Positions 47,393 to 59,368 of a stretch of 64,000 nucleotides of DNA are shown here, piece after piece. This DNA is from Felis catus. Taxonomy: Eukaryota. The stretch lies in contig NC_058383.1 in the NCBI RefSeq assembly GCF_018350175.1, forward strand, positions 12,402,001-12,466,000. The letters are read 5' to 3'. A program made the position numbers and the translations under genes. Every line of letters starts with the position of its first letter. Within the stretch, counting starts at the first letter, position 1. The notes below the pieces were generated by a model that saw only the letters and a program-made list of their open reading frames with translations, did not search any database and had not been told where the DNA came from.

Positions 47393-50140
47393 TTATGTTT
47401 AAAATGATGGTGGGTGCAGTACACTTAGGTCTATCACCTTGCCATTTATTATCTATTTGTCCCTTTAGTTCTTTGTGTCACTCTTTTTCTTTTCTTTCTT
47501 TTCTTAAATTTTATTTTAGAGAGAGAGAGAGAGCACCCAGACAGGGGAGAGGGACAGAGGGAACAAGAGGGAGAATCTCAAGCAGGCTCCACACTCAGCT
47601 CAGAGCTCAATCCCACAAACCTGGGATCATGACCAGAGCCGAAATTAAGAGATGCTCAACCAACTGAGCCACCAAGGTTCCCTACCATTCTTTTTTTTCT
47701 TTTTTTAAGTGTTTTTAAATGTTTATTTATTTTTTAATGAGAAAGAGAGAGAGTGTGTGAGCAGGGGAGGAGTAGAGAAAGAGGGAGACACAGAATCTGA
47801 AGCAGGCTCCAGGATCTGAGCTGTTAGCACAGAGCCTGACCAGGGCTTAAACTCACAAGCCATGAGATCACGACCTGAGCTGAAGTCCGACGCTTAACCA
47901 ACTAAGCCACCCAGGCACCCCTGTCTTTTTCTGATCTTCTTGTGGATTAACCTAGTATTTTTTTGTTTCCCTTTCATCACCTGTTTTTGCATATAAGCTA
48001 TATCCCTTTGTTTTGTGATTTTAACAGCTTTTCAATTTATCACAGTTTACCTTCAAGTGACATTATACCATTTTACAAATAGTGTAGGAACCTAACAATA
48101 ATACACTTTCTTTCCTCTCTTCTTGTCTTTGTGTTACTGTTGTCATGTGTGTATATGTATATAATATGTTATATGTTTTATATTATATATATTATAAACC
48201 CCAAACTATATTATTAATTTGGTTTGAAACAGTTAATTATATTTTTTAAATATTTAAATAATAAGGGAGCATCTATGTGGCTCAGTCAGTTGAGCCTCTG
48301 ACTCTTGATTTCAGCTCAGGTCATGATCCCATGGTTGTGGGATCAATCCCTGCCTTGGGATTTTCTGCATGGAGCCTGCTTGAGATTTTCTCTCTTCCCC
48401 TCTGCCTCTCACCCCCGCCCCCCCCACCCCCCCAACATTGTGTGCTCTCTCTCTCTCTCAAATAAAAAAAAATTAAATAATAAGAAACGATTCTTACATA
48501 CACATCCATGTAGTTACCATTTCTGGTGCTCTCCATTCCCTACATAGCTTCATATTTCAATCTGGTGTGATTTTCCTGCTTGAAGACTTCCTGTAATATT
48601 TCTTATAGTGTGAATATGCTCATGATGAGTGATGGCAGTTTTGTTTATCTGAAAGCTCCTTATCTCACCTGAAAGATTTCACTGGGTGTAGAATTGTAGG
48701 CGGGCAAATTTTTCTTTCAGTGCTTTAAAAATGTTCCCCATCGTCCTCTCGCTTGCATTGTCTCTGTTGAGAAATCTGATGTCATCTGTACCGTTAATCT
48801 ATTTTTACTTCTAGTATATTTTTTTCCTCTGGCTGCTCTTGAGATTTTGTCTCTATTGGTGGGTTGAACGATTTGATTACACTGCATCACGGTTTGATTA
48901 CACTGCATCACGGTTTAGTTTTGTGATCTTGCCTGTGCTTGGAGTTCATTGAGTTTCTTAGAACTGTAGGTTTGTAATTTTTATCGTATTTGAAATTTGG
49001 GCATTTTTTTTTTCTTCGAAGGTTTTCAACTTACCCCTCCTCTCCTCCAGGAACTCCAATTGCATGGATATTAAGCTGATCAAAGTTGCTGCACATTTTT
49101 CCTTCAATTTTCTCTTGATTCTGTGACTCATTTCGGATCGTTTCTATTTGTGTCTTCAAGTTTACTAATCATTTGTTCTGCCATATCTAACTTCTGTGAA
49201 TCCCATTCTGTGTATCTTTTTTTAATCTCAGACATTATGGGTTTTCGTCTCTGCACGATGATGTACATATATTCCACGATGCTACTTAACTTCTGGAACA
49301 TGCGGAATATAGCTATAAAATCTACCTTCCCGTCCTTGTCTGCTAATTCTAACATCTGTTCCATTCTGGGTTGCTTTGATGGACTGATTAGTCTCCTCAT
49401 TACAGACCACATTTTCCTGCCTTTTTGCATAATCTTTCGTAGTATGGCAACTATGTAAATTTTGCCTTGCTTGATATTGGATGCTTTTGTATTCCCACAG
49501 CTACTTTGGAGCTTTGTTTTTGGATATAGTCAAGATATTTAGGAATAGTTTCATCTTCTGTGAGCTTGCTTTTATCATTTGTTAGGCAGTTCTGGAGCAG
49601 GGCTATTATCCCCCACTCTTGAAGCAAGATCTCCCTGAGTATTTCAACTCTATGCTCTGTGCATCCTAAGTTTTCCAGTCTGGCTGGTGAAAATAGGCAC
49701 TATTGCTCACCCTAGGTGAACCGTGGCACTATTTTCTGATATTTTGGGTTTCCTTCCATGCACGTGCTCGTCAGTACTCTGCTGAACACTTGAGAGGGAT
49801 CTCTGCAAATCTCCAGGTTTCTCTCTTCGTGCAACTCTCTCCCCTTTGGTAATCTGCCCTATAAACTCTAGCCACCTTGGACTCCCTGGACCCTCAGTTC
49901 CGTCTTCTCAGCTCAGGGAAACTTCCAGTCTCCTCCTGGGGTCTTCTTCCGTCACCACATGGAAACCCAAGACTATAAGCCGAAGCAGTTGTAGAGCTCG
50001 CTTCATTTGTTTCTTATCTCTCAGGGATCACTATTCTTTAAAAAGAGATTGTTTTATATATTTTGTCTGAGTTTTTTGGTTGTTTGTTACAGAATCATAA
50101 ATCCCACACCTGTCACACCATCTCAGATGAAAGCAGAAGT
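47393..50140 (-). mobile_element. Old L1 5' UTR / ORF1 / inter-ORF remnant with three SINE insertions (about 47485-47682 -, 47690-47921 -, 48265-48480 +)
   Basis: Minus-strand ORFs give L1 ORF1-like KISRAARGK...MTSDFSTETMQARGRW and MLELADKD...LDMAEQMISKLED. Confidence 0.8.
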
Positions 50141-50729
50141 CCTACAGGCATTTATCTGGGGCAGGAGCCCAGCCACAGGGATTTTGGCAAATATGTCAGA
50201 GCTAAGAATTTATCATCCAGAAGGAATGTTGTGTTTGGAAAGCTCTCTGGGTGCCCACAGTCAGCAATCTTATCAGTCATTTTTAATCCCAGTGGTGCTA
50301 CTAAAACGCACATCAGTAGTTTCTCCTTGTGCTCACTCTGGCTGAAGAAGAGACAAAAAGAAAAGTTCAGAGTGAGTTTTATTTAATATGGAGTGTGCTC
50401 ATTTAACAAAAATTAAAAACAGCCCATTAACCCAGTTTTTATTACACTTTAAACTTAATTTATTACAACTTTCATATAGTAGAATAATAACATCATAGCT
50501 TTCAAAATAACTTAAAATAATGGCATTAAAAATAACTGAGTCTAAATAACCCTTATCATTTACAAAGCAATTTCATCGGCATTATCTTTTCAAATCTTTT
50601 CTCACTTCTTTAGAACAGATGCATGCACCATGGCTCTTAATGTTTATTTAACCTCAAATTTGCTCAGTTAGAGCTAAGACTCAGACTTAGATCATTATTT
50701 AACTATAATGGATAATGTACAGATTCTAA

Positions 50730-51195
50730 CTTTAAAAAAAATTGATGTCATGGGGGAAAAGTTGGGGTCTGTTCTAAATTAAGAAGATCAAAGAAATAAA
50801 ATAAAATGCAAAGTATAACTCTTGAGTGGATCCTGGTTCAAAGAAAAAGCTGGTGAAACATACATGGGGGGAAAACTGGGCATATTTCAATATGTGTTGG
50901 AAATGAGATGATATCAGAGATTTTAAATTTCACAGGCGTGGTCATGATGTCATCTGTAGGGGGATGTACTTATTCCTAGGACACACGTGATGAAATAATT
51001 GGGGGTAAGAGATCATCATCTCTACAACTTGTAAGTGGTTCTGGAAAAACTACCTGTATATATTCACACATATCTATAAGGAAAGCAAATAGAACAAAAT
51101 GAAAATAATTGTTGAATCTAAACGGGCAGGCACACAGGTATTCACTGTCAGTGTTTCTGTATGTTTGCAAGTGTTGGTAATAAAAAAAGATAAAG
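50730..51195 (+). mobile_element. L1MC/ME-like 3' UTR remnant
   Basis: cttgagtggatcctggttc...gaaaactgggcatatttcaatatg...ttgttgaatcta...ggtattcactgt..tttctgtatgtttg. Confidence 0.6.
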
Positions 51196-51407
51196 GGATC
51201 AAAATGCAACATTAGACTCTAGAAGGGAAGAAAAAATATCTATAGATGCACAAAGAATAGCTATAGAGGAACCCCCGCTGACCATGGGAATCCCAGGACC
51301 ATGAATCTTCCTTTCTTACATCAACTCCTAGTACCATTTCAGATTCAGGTTAAGTGACATTGGAACTGCTTTTACCTTAAACTGGAAACCTGTTTAAAGT
51401 ATTGTTA

Positions 51408-51610
51408 TGGGGCACCTGGGAGGCTCAGTCAGTTGAACATCCAACTCTTGATTTTGGCTCAGGTCATGATCCCAGGGTGGTAGGATCGAGCCCCACCTTG
51501 GGCTCCATGCTGAATGTGGAGCCTACTTGGGATTCTCTCTCTCTTTCCCTCTGCCTCTCCCCATCTCTCTCTCTCTCTCTCTCAAAATAAATAAACAAGC
51601 TTTAAAAAGT
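51408..51610 (+). mobile_element. Can-SINE
   Basis: Head, (CT)n, tail. Confidence 0.94.
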
Positions 51611-51744
51611 TATTAAAGATTAATGTTATTATTAGCGATTATGTAAAATTATACATGTTATATAACATATAACATAGTAAGATTATAAGATATTAAATAT
51701 ATATAAATAGAATCTTCAAACGAAAAGGAATGAATATTGGTAGA

Positions 51745-51900
51745 TTTTATTTTCCTTATTTTGCTAAGGAGACAATGAAGTTCAGGGTGTGGAATGACTT
51801 GTCTGATGCCACCCTACTAACAGGTGTCAGAGCTGGGATTCAGACCCATACCCACCTGGCCCCAGAACCAGAGCTTCCGGTACTATACCTTGCTGCCCTC
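51745..51900 (-). mobile_element. MIR remnant
   Basis: cttattttgctaaggagacaatgaagttcagg...tgacttgtctgatgccac...cagagctgggattcagaccca. Confidence 0.65.
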
Positions 51901-51914
51901 TGAGGTCTTCATTG

Positions 51915-52245
51915 TCTGGTCATCTGTGTATGAACGTTAAAATAAGAAGAAAGAGTATGGCCTTGTTTGAATTCATCTGGAAATGTGCATGTTGGACAAC
52001 TCAAATCTTTCAGTGTTCTGTGCTGTTTGGGAACGATCATAAAAGTGAAGTGAGCACTGATTTGGGGGTTACAAATAAATTTCAACAAGTTACAGGATGC
52101 CTGGGTGGCTCAGTCAGTTGAGCGTCCAACTCTCGATTTCTGCCCAGGTCATGATCTCGCAGTTCGTGAGTTCGAGCCCTGTGTCGGGCTCTGCACTGAC
52201 CGTGCGAAGCCCACTTGGGATCCCCTCTCTCCTTCTCTCTCTTGG
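51915..52245 (+). mobile_element. Tigger-like fragment followed by a tail-deleted Can-SINE (from about 52094)
   Basis: gatttgggggttacaaataaattt resembles a Tigger subterminal motif; SINE head ggatgcctgggtggctcagtc. Confidence 0.5.
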
Positions 52246-52689
52246 TGGTACTCATGCTAAATTCAGTCTGTTATGCTCAACAGCGCTTCTCCATAGAAGA
52301 CACTCAGTGCATCGTTGATAAATAGTGGAACGTAAAGTTGATACTCTAAACCCAATAGACGGTGCTTTATAGGCAAGACAACAGAACAAAGATAAACCAG
52401 ACCAGATGGAGGTTGCCTCTAATTCTTGCCTTCAACGATCCAAATCAAAGATGAGCAAACACTCTGAAAAATGTTAAGGCTCATGGCATTGCCTCCAGAC
52501 CCATGGTGGAAGGGTGGGCAAGAACACGCATTCAACGGTCGCCAGGCAGTTCCTAAACTACAAAATAGGTAACATACCTATCGAAATGGGAACTCACTGT
52601 TTAAAAAATCAAGACAAGTTTTCTCAGGTTCTGCATGGTGCTTAGTTCCCCGTTCACAAAAGGCAAATATTACACACCATGGAGCCAGT

Positions 52690-53275
52690 TACTGTGTTAT
52701 GTTAACTCGAGGTAAAATGCATACAATACAAACTTCAGTGCTAGTCCTTCGGTCCACAAATTACACCACCAGTGAACAATCACGTCCTTTCAGAATCCAT
52801 CGGTGATTGGCCACCGGACGTCCGTCCTTCAGTTCACGCTCGGACAGCAGCGTGTAGACAAGTTGCCTCCTGATCTCTCGGGAATACACCCCTGTGACGT
52901 CTTCTAAAAATGCGTAAAGGAAAGAAGGAGTTGGCCAACAGAGATCAAAGTGTCGCAAAGTAACAAGAAGTGATACCCGTGGAGATGAAATTTGGGTCTA
53001 AGGCAGATGGACTTAGAGAAAACCGTGCGACTGTTGACACTGCCTCTGAGACCCTAGACACGCAGCCAGAAGAATCCAGTTATGGCAAACTTATCGACAT
53101 CAATGAGGAAGAATTTACCAAAAAAGCGTGAGGATGTCCCAAAGGAAATGACGCTTGCAAGAGATTTCACGTTAAAGGAAAGTTCAGAGATATCTCATGA
53201 CGTTAATAACACAAAGAACGGAATTTGGAGAGTTGATTCAAGCGCAGAAAGGGGAAGGACGGTTCACCAACATGC
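52690..53275 (+). mobile_element. TcMar-Tigger remnant (Tigger13a-like)
   Basis: ggagttggccaacagagatcaaagtg...tgttgacactgcc...ctagacacgcagccagaaga...cttatcgacatcaatgaggaa...gatgtcccaaaggaaatgacg. Confidence 0.65.
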
Positions 53276-53980
53276 TCCCCACTCTGTAAGCCGAGCACCG
53301 TCCCGCTCTTGATCTCAGGGTCATGAGGTCAAGCCCCACATTGGGCTCTGCTCTGGCTGTGAAGCTTACTTAGAAAAAAAGCAAAAAAAAGTTGTGCCTT
53401 CCTGTGGAACAAGCAACATACCGATGGAGCTCCAGAGAGTTGGGACTTTCTTACATAAAAATTCGTATTTCTGACATTATCAATAGGAAACAAAACGTGT
53501 AACTGTTTACATTTAAATCGGTCAGCCTGTGACCAGAAGTGGTCAGGGACTCAGAATTGCATCTGACAGTGAAAACCCCCGACTCCCCTTGGGACACGTC
53601 AAGGTGTCCCCAAACCTGGGCGGTCAGGGCCGTGGCTCCCAGCCAGCCCGCCCTTCTCGGTGGTCGGACAGCATTTTTCTATAGTCTTCCTTTGCAGCCT
53701 CAATGCCGCTTAGCTGTCCTAGGCAGCTAATAATTCAGCCAATCCTTGTTGATTTTTTAGAGGACTTAATTTTTTTTAATATCCACATTTAACTGAGATA
53801 AAGCGCTCACCCTCTTCAAGCCCAGTCCACCCACTGCCCAGAATTATCATCTCCAAGTAGGACACGGTCCTTAAAGTCCCCAATACTCCTTACTTCACTG
53901 TGGGGTGGGGCAAAAGACAAGACCGGCCTCTCAGCAGAGGGACAAATGGTGTGTATTTCACCGGAAAACATGCAACACAG

Positions 53981-54175
53981 AGGGGCACCTGGGTGGCTCA
54001 GTCCGGTGAGCCTCTTGATTTCGGCTCAGGTCTTGATCCCAGGGTTGTAGGCTCGAACCCCGCCCCCCCCCCAAGTGCCGCATTGGGCTCTGTGATTCTC
54101 TCTCTCTCTCTCTCTGTCCCTCCCCCTTTCTCTTTCCCTTAAATAAGTAAGTGAATCAATCAATACATAAAAGAA
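53981..54175 (+). mobile_element. Can-SINE
   Basis: Head ggggcacctgggtggctcagtc, CT tract, tail. Confidence 0.9.
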
Positions 54176-54749
54176 AACACAAAAGACAGAACCTTAGAAG
54201 CCCAGTTTAGTCCCCAAGTGTTCATTAAGCACCTACTTCTCTAGGCACGTTGCTGGAAGCGTGGGGCACAGATGTGCAAACAATTCTACCTGCCCTAGAG
54301 CTCACGGGCACACAGCCAGAGGGACAAGTGCACAAATGATAGAGACCCTACAAGGCTCTGAGGGAGTGCAATGAGGGAGTCGTTCCTTCTGTGAAGGAGT
54401 GAAAGGGAAGGTCCCAAGGGAGATGAGGTGACCCCCAGGCTAGCTACTCAGTGACAGCTCCAGAAACAAGGCACAGAGGGCAGAGGAAAGCCCAGAGCCC
54501 AGGTTGCCCGGTGGGAATGACTGGGCATTGACGCTCACGGGCAGGATGCCGCCCTGATGACCTGGGGCCTCGTTTGTTCTTGGTCAAGGGAGACTCTTCC
54601 ATTCCTTCAGACGGCGGTGAAGCCTGGCCTCAACCAATTCCCACCTCACTCACCTTCAAGCTCTCGGTCCCACCCAAACCTCGTCCCTGGGCTCAAAACC
54701 ATAGAAGAGAGGGAAACACTGGTAAGAATACGCCTAGAGAGAATAAGGA

Positions 54750-54751
<2 letters not shown>

Positions 54752-54785
<34 letters not shown>
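54752..54785. repeat. (GT)n microsatellite
   Basis: Directly visible. Confidence 0.97.
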
Positions 54786-54789
<4 letters not shown>

Positions 54790-55928
54790 GTTGTGCTCCC
54801 ATCAGGCAACAACAGTGCCTAACAGATCATTGTCGCCCCGTCAGTGTGTGTAGATATAGTCACCAATGCCCTTAAAGGGGCCTTTGGTTGCCCGAAGGAA
54901 AAATCTAGAAGTGAGGCTAACAAAGAGCTTAAACCTCCCTTCCGCAGTGAAAGGTGTCTTTGATTAAGGCTCTTTGGCAGAGGATTTTTTAAATAATAGA
55001 TTTCCAATGGTAAGAGACTGAAAGTTTCCACTTGACAGTCTCAGAGAGTTTAACCGGGGGCTCAGGCAGCTGCGAAAGGTATTACTGGGTCTTTGCTCCA
55101 AGGAGGACTGGGCCTCCAGAAAATAACATTTGGCCGAAACCAAGGAGAAATATAGCTTTTGAGGGACCACCTGCGGCGAGCGTTGGCCAATAAACGTTGG
55201 GAACAGCAATATCCGCTCACCGGTTTGAAGTCATTCCCTGGCCCGTGCAGTCATTTCCCACCAGGCTCCAACCCAGAATTCTCTAGGGAAGTCAAGTGCG
55301 GCTCGGTGGGGCTGTGGGGTTGGAGGCAGGGGACCTCGGTTCACATCTGGGATGAAGCAGTGAGAAAGGCACAGTATAGGTGCAGACGACCAGTGGATCT
55401 GGGGGTGGGGGTGGGGGTGGCAGGAAAAGCCACCAGCATGCCCTGAGAAGGGGTGGGGGGGAGTCTGGACTTAACCGCAGGATAGAGGCTCCAGGCGTGG
55501 ACAATTCGGTTAATAGGGACGCCTGGGCAAGTCTGGGACACTCGGGTTACCTGCCGGCTCCCCCTAGGATATCTCCTAGCTTGTCGATTTCTCCTGGTGG
55601 CCTCGGCCACTTTCCAGTTGTCTGAGCCTCCGTGCACCGGGTCGTGAATCCACGCGCAAGTCTTCCCGGGCTCACACCAGCTTTGTGGCCTAAATAGTCC
55701 GCCTGCCACCTGCTAAGACCGACTACCTGTCCCCTGCCTGCCCAGCCTCATCAGCCCGGATCCCCTGCTGCAGGCACCAGATGGGATGCCTCTTCTCAGC
55801 TCTTTACTGGGGCAAGAACTCGCTAACCAATCTCCACACCCCACCCCCTGCACCCCAGTAAGAAGGCAGTGCCTCTGGAATCCCACTGGATTGTTCTTTT
55901 CTCACTCCATTAAAAAGCTCCTGATCCT

Positions 55929-56165
55929 TGGGGCGCCTGGGGGGCGCAGTCAGTTAAGCATCCGACTCTTGGTTTCAGCTCAGGTCACGATCTCGTGGTT
56001 CATGAGATTCAGCCCAGGGTCGGGCTCTGTGCTGAGAGCACAGAGTCTGCTTAGGATTCTCTCTCTCTGTCTCCGTCTCTCTCTCTCTGCCCCTCTCCCG
56101 TTCACGTGCGCTCTCTCTTTCTCTTTCTGTCTCTCTCTCAAAATAAATAAGTAAACATTTAAGAA
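55929..56165 (+). mobile_element. Can-SINE
   Basis: TSD aaagctcctgatccttg / aaagcgcctgatccttg. Confidence 0.96.
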
Positions 56166-56779
56166 AGAAAGCGCCTGATCCTTGTTATTCAACCGTATCT
56201 CTTCTCCTCCATCAGGAGGTTTGTTCCCAATACGATAAGCAAATTGTCTTGAAAAGTCCCCCAAATAGAGCGTGGCAGTCTGAAAAGGGTTCACTCATGT
56301 AACAAATGTTTCTGAGGGGTGTGCGAAGTGTAGGAAACGCAATACGGATTAAAAACAAAAGGAGACACAGAATATGGCTGCTGCCTTGTCAAGCTCAGTC
56401 TGTGGAGGAGACATCCACTCACCAAATTATCCTGTGGCTGATGTGAGTGCAAACTGCGGGGGGCGGGTGGGGGCACGGAGGGAGGAAAACTCACTTCTCT
56501 GAGTGTTTTTAAGAACAGCCTGGTGGAGCCTGGGAGGCCAAGAACGGCTTCCCTTGAAGAAGCGTCATGCGTGTGAAGCAGGAGTAAGTGACAGTTATCG
56601 AGGCCAGGGGGCAGGGATGGGAGGGCAACATGGCGGGCGGTGGGTGGGGAGTGCATGTGGGCCAAGGGAATAGACAGCACAAGGCACTGAGAGGTCTCCG
56701 GAGTGGGAAAAGTACAGAACATGTGAGGCAAGACCACGCGTGGCCTCTACAGAGCCGGCATGTATGGGAAGGGTCTCAT

Positions 56780-57225
56780 CCTAGGCTGACTCCAAAGATG
56801 GCTCCCTACTGAGGCAGTCCTCCCGGGACTCATGCCCTTGAGGAATCCTCCCCCTCTCGAATCTCCGTGGGCCCTGTGACTCACTTTGGACCAACAGAAC
56901 ACAGTGAAAGTGACTGTGTGTGACTCGACTGCGGGACCTAAGAAGGTTTATGGCTTCCCCGGGAGATCTTGGAAAACTTGCACGGTCCTAAAACTGCCAT
57001 GCCGTGAGGAAGCCTGGGCTAACCACATGGAGAGGACACAGGAAAACAGAGTGATGCCCAGCTCGCCCAGCTGAGGTGCCAAACACTTGAGTGAAGAAAT
57101 TATCTTAGACACCCATCGCAGTTGACCCTTCGGACCGTGGGACAGGCCCCGAGTGAGAGCCCAGTCCACCCAAAGAACCGTAAGAACCAAAGAGAGCCTG
57201 CCACTAAGTGTTGGGCTGATACAGA
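56780..57225 (+). mobile_element. MaLR LTR (MLT1F/G/H-like)
   Basis: aaagatggctccc...ctcatgcccttg..aatcctcccc...ctgtgactcactttggaccaacagaa...gaagtgactgtgtgtgact...ctgccatgccgtgaggaagcc. Confidence 0.7.
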
Positions 57226-58283
57226 AATCGGTGTCTAGAAGTTGGATGCTGTCCCTCCCCCCCCAAAAAAAAATCTAAAATAAGGCTCAAGACATGAAAA
57301 TGTTCGTGTGGATCAAGAGAGCTGTCGGTTCATGTCCTGAGTCGTGAATGCTACCCCCAAAGGCTCGGGGCACAATGCCTGCTGGACAGAAGTCCGGCCC
57401 CTGTCTACCCGTTGAATTTCTTTTTCTTTTTTCTTTTTACCTGTTGAATTTCTAAGCCTTTCATTTGTTTGAGTCCGGCGCTTCCCCGATGCACGCTGAC
57501 GGCTCGGTGCGTCCTTCCGGGCGTCGCTGTAAAATTGTAACCAAGCTGATTAATAAGGTGTCTGTATTTCCCTTCACCGCCATTTACGAGAAAACGGCAG
57601 AAGTGGGTGGCGAAACATAGCCCTGTCAGGATCCTGCCTTAACAGAAATAAAGAAAAATGGGCGGCTGTCAAATCTCAAGTGTCCTATATCCAGAGGACC
57701 ATTCCTCCGGCATCCCTCGACATCCCGTGATGCTCCCATCAATGAAAAAAACACAAAAACGAAAAACAACAGTGTGATGGGCAGACGGCTCTTCTGGGTT
57801 TGTTTTCGTCTGGCGGGGTGATGACCAGGGTGAATTTTGAATTCCAAGAAGGCAGTTCGTTACCCGCGGTGTTTCTGCCTTCCCAACTGGACAATTTTAT
57901 TCATCGTTCCAGCCAGACTAAAATGCTCAGAAAGTTCTCACGTTGGTCTGTGAAAGTGTTCTAGCACTATTCGTAGAGATTGTAGACTGGTCTGTCTCAC
58001 GACCTGATTCACTTATTTCTTCATGCAAAAATCTTCTTTTGAGGGTCTCCTGTGAGCCAGCTACTGTGCTTTATTAAGCCACCGTTTTCCATCGTATCAG
58101 GTGACTGCAGTCTTTAGACCTTCATTTACTTTCAGTTCTGAAGGAGCTACGTCTGAGCCTAGGTTTGGGCCCTTGACGGTCTGTGCGTTTCTATCACTCA
58201 GGTGTCCAGACTGGCGTTGGTGTCTTTCCTTCTGGAAGCCTGCTATTCAGTTCTTCCTTCCACTCAAGAAGTGTTGCCCATCC

Positions 58284-58480
58284 TGGGGCTCCTGGGTGGC
58301 TCCGTCACTTGAGCATCTGACGCTTGACTTCGGCTCGGGACGTTATCTCAAGGTTCATGGGTTCGAGCCCCTCATCAGGCTCTGCACTGATACTGTGGAG
58401 CTTGCTGGGGATTCTCGCGCTCCCTCTCTCTGCCCCCTGCACATTCTCTCTCTCTCAAAATTAATAGATAAACTTAAAAA
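58284..58480 (+). mobile_element. Can-SINE
   Basis: TSD-like gaagtgttgcccatcct / gaagtactgcccatcct. Confidence 0.93.
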
Positions 58481-58780
58481 CAGGAAGTACTGCCCATCCT
58501 TTTAATAATCTCCTTTCTGTTGTTTAAATGAGCTGAAGGCTCTTTTCACTGCTTACGGCTAACTTACAGATCAGCTGCCGATGAGTTTTACTCTTCAGGA
58601 CCTCAATTCAGCTGCAGATAAAACAGAAAAGCCTACTTTGCGTCAGTCTTTAAAACAAAACAAAACAAAACTTTCCAGTTTTAAGGTCACTTATATGCAA
58701 TGAAGCAGTCACTTCAGTTCATATTAGCCTTAAGCCTTCAATGGCTGCCATATGCCAGGCCTATGGAAAAGTCCAGTTCC

Positions 58781-58934
58781 GGGGCACCTGGGCGGACTCG
58801 GTCAGTTAAGCGTCCAACTCTTGGTTTCGGCTCAGGTCATGATCTCATGGTTCGTGGTGTTGAGCCCCACACTGGGCTCTGTGCTGACAGCGTGGAGCCT
58901 GCTTGGGATTCTCTCTCTCTTTCTGTCTCTGCCC

Positions 58935-58968
<34 letters not shown>

Positions 58969-59005
58969 ATAAAGAAAGAAAGAAAACTTTAAAGAAAAAA
59001 AGAAA
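58781..59005 (+). mobile_element. Can-SINE with (GAAA)n tail
   Basis: Head, (CT)n, tail. Confidence 0.94.
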
Positions 59006-59295
59006 AGTCAGTTTCAGAAAGCTCTCAAAGCTGTGTCTTATCCAACGTACTAGGCTATCAACCGCTTCCTGTGAGAGACTATGGCGTCTTGATTTTTTGT
59101 ATCTTCAAAAATAGTGATTCCTAAGTGTTCGTGCTTCAAGGGTGGTAGAGATGGTCTTCGAGACCCATTGGTACACATATACACTGCCACTAGATGGGTG
59201 GGAGTCCTGGAAAAAGGTGACAGTGTCTTGGAATGTTGAGGAGGATTTGAGAACTAAACCCTAGGTCACATCAACATTTAAAAAGAAGAAAAATG

Positions 59296-59368
59296 GGGGG
59301 AGGGGGCAAGATGGCGGAACAGCATGGAAGTTTCTTTTGCATCTCTTGTCCCTGAAATGCAGCCAGAC
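59296..59368 (+). mobile_element. 73-nt fragment resembling the extreme 5' end of a carnivore L1, flanked by a TSD
   Basis: G-run then caagatggcg (YY1-type L1 start motif); flanks aaaaagaagaaaaatg / aagaagaagaaaaacg. Confidence 0.7.
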
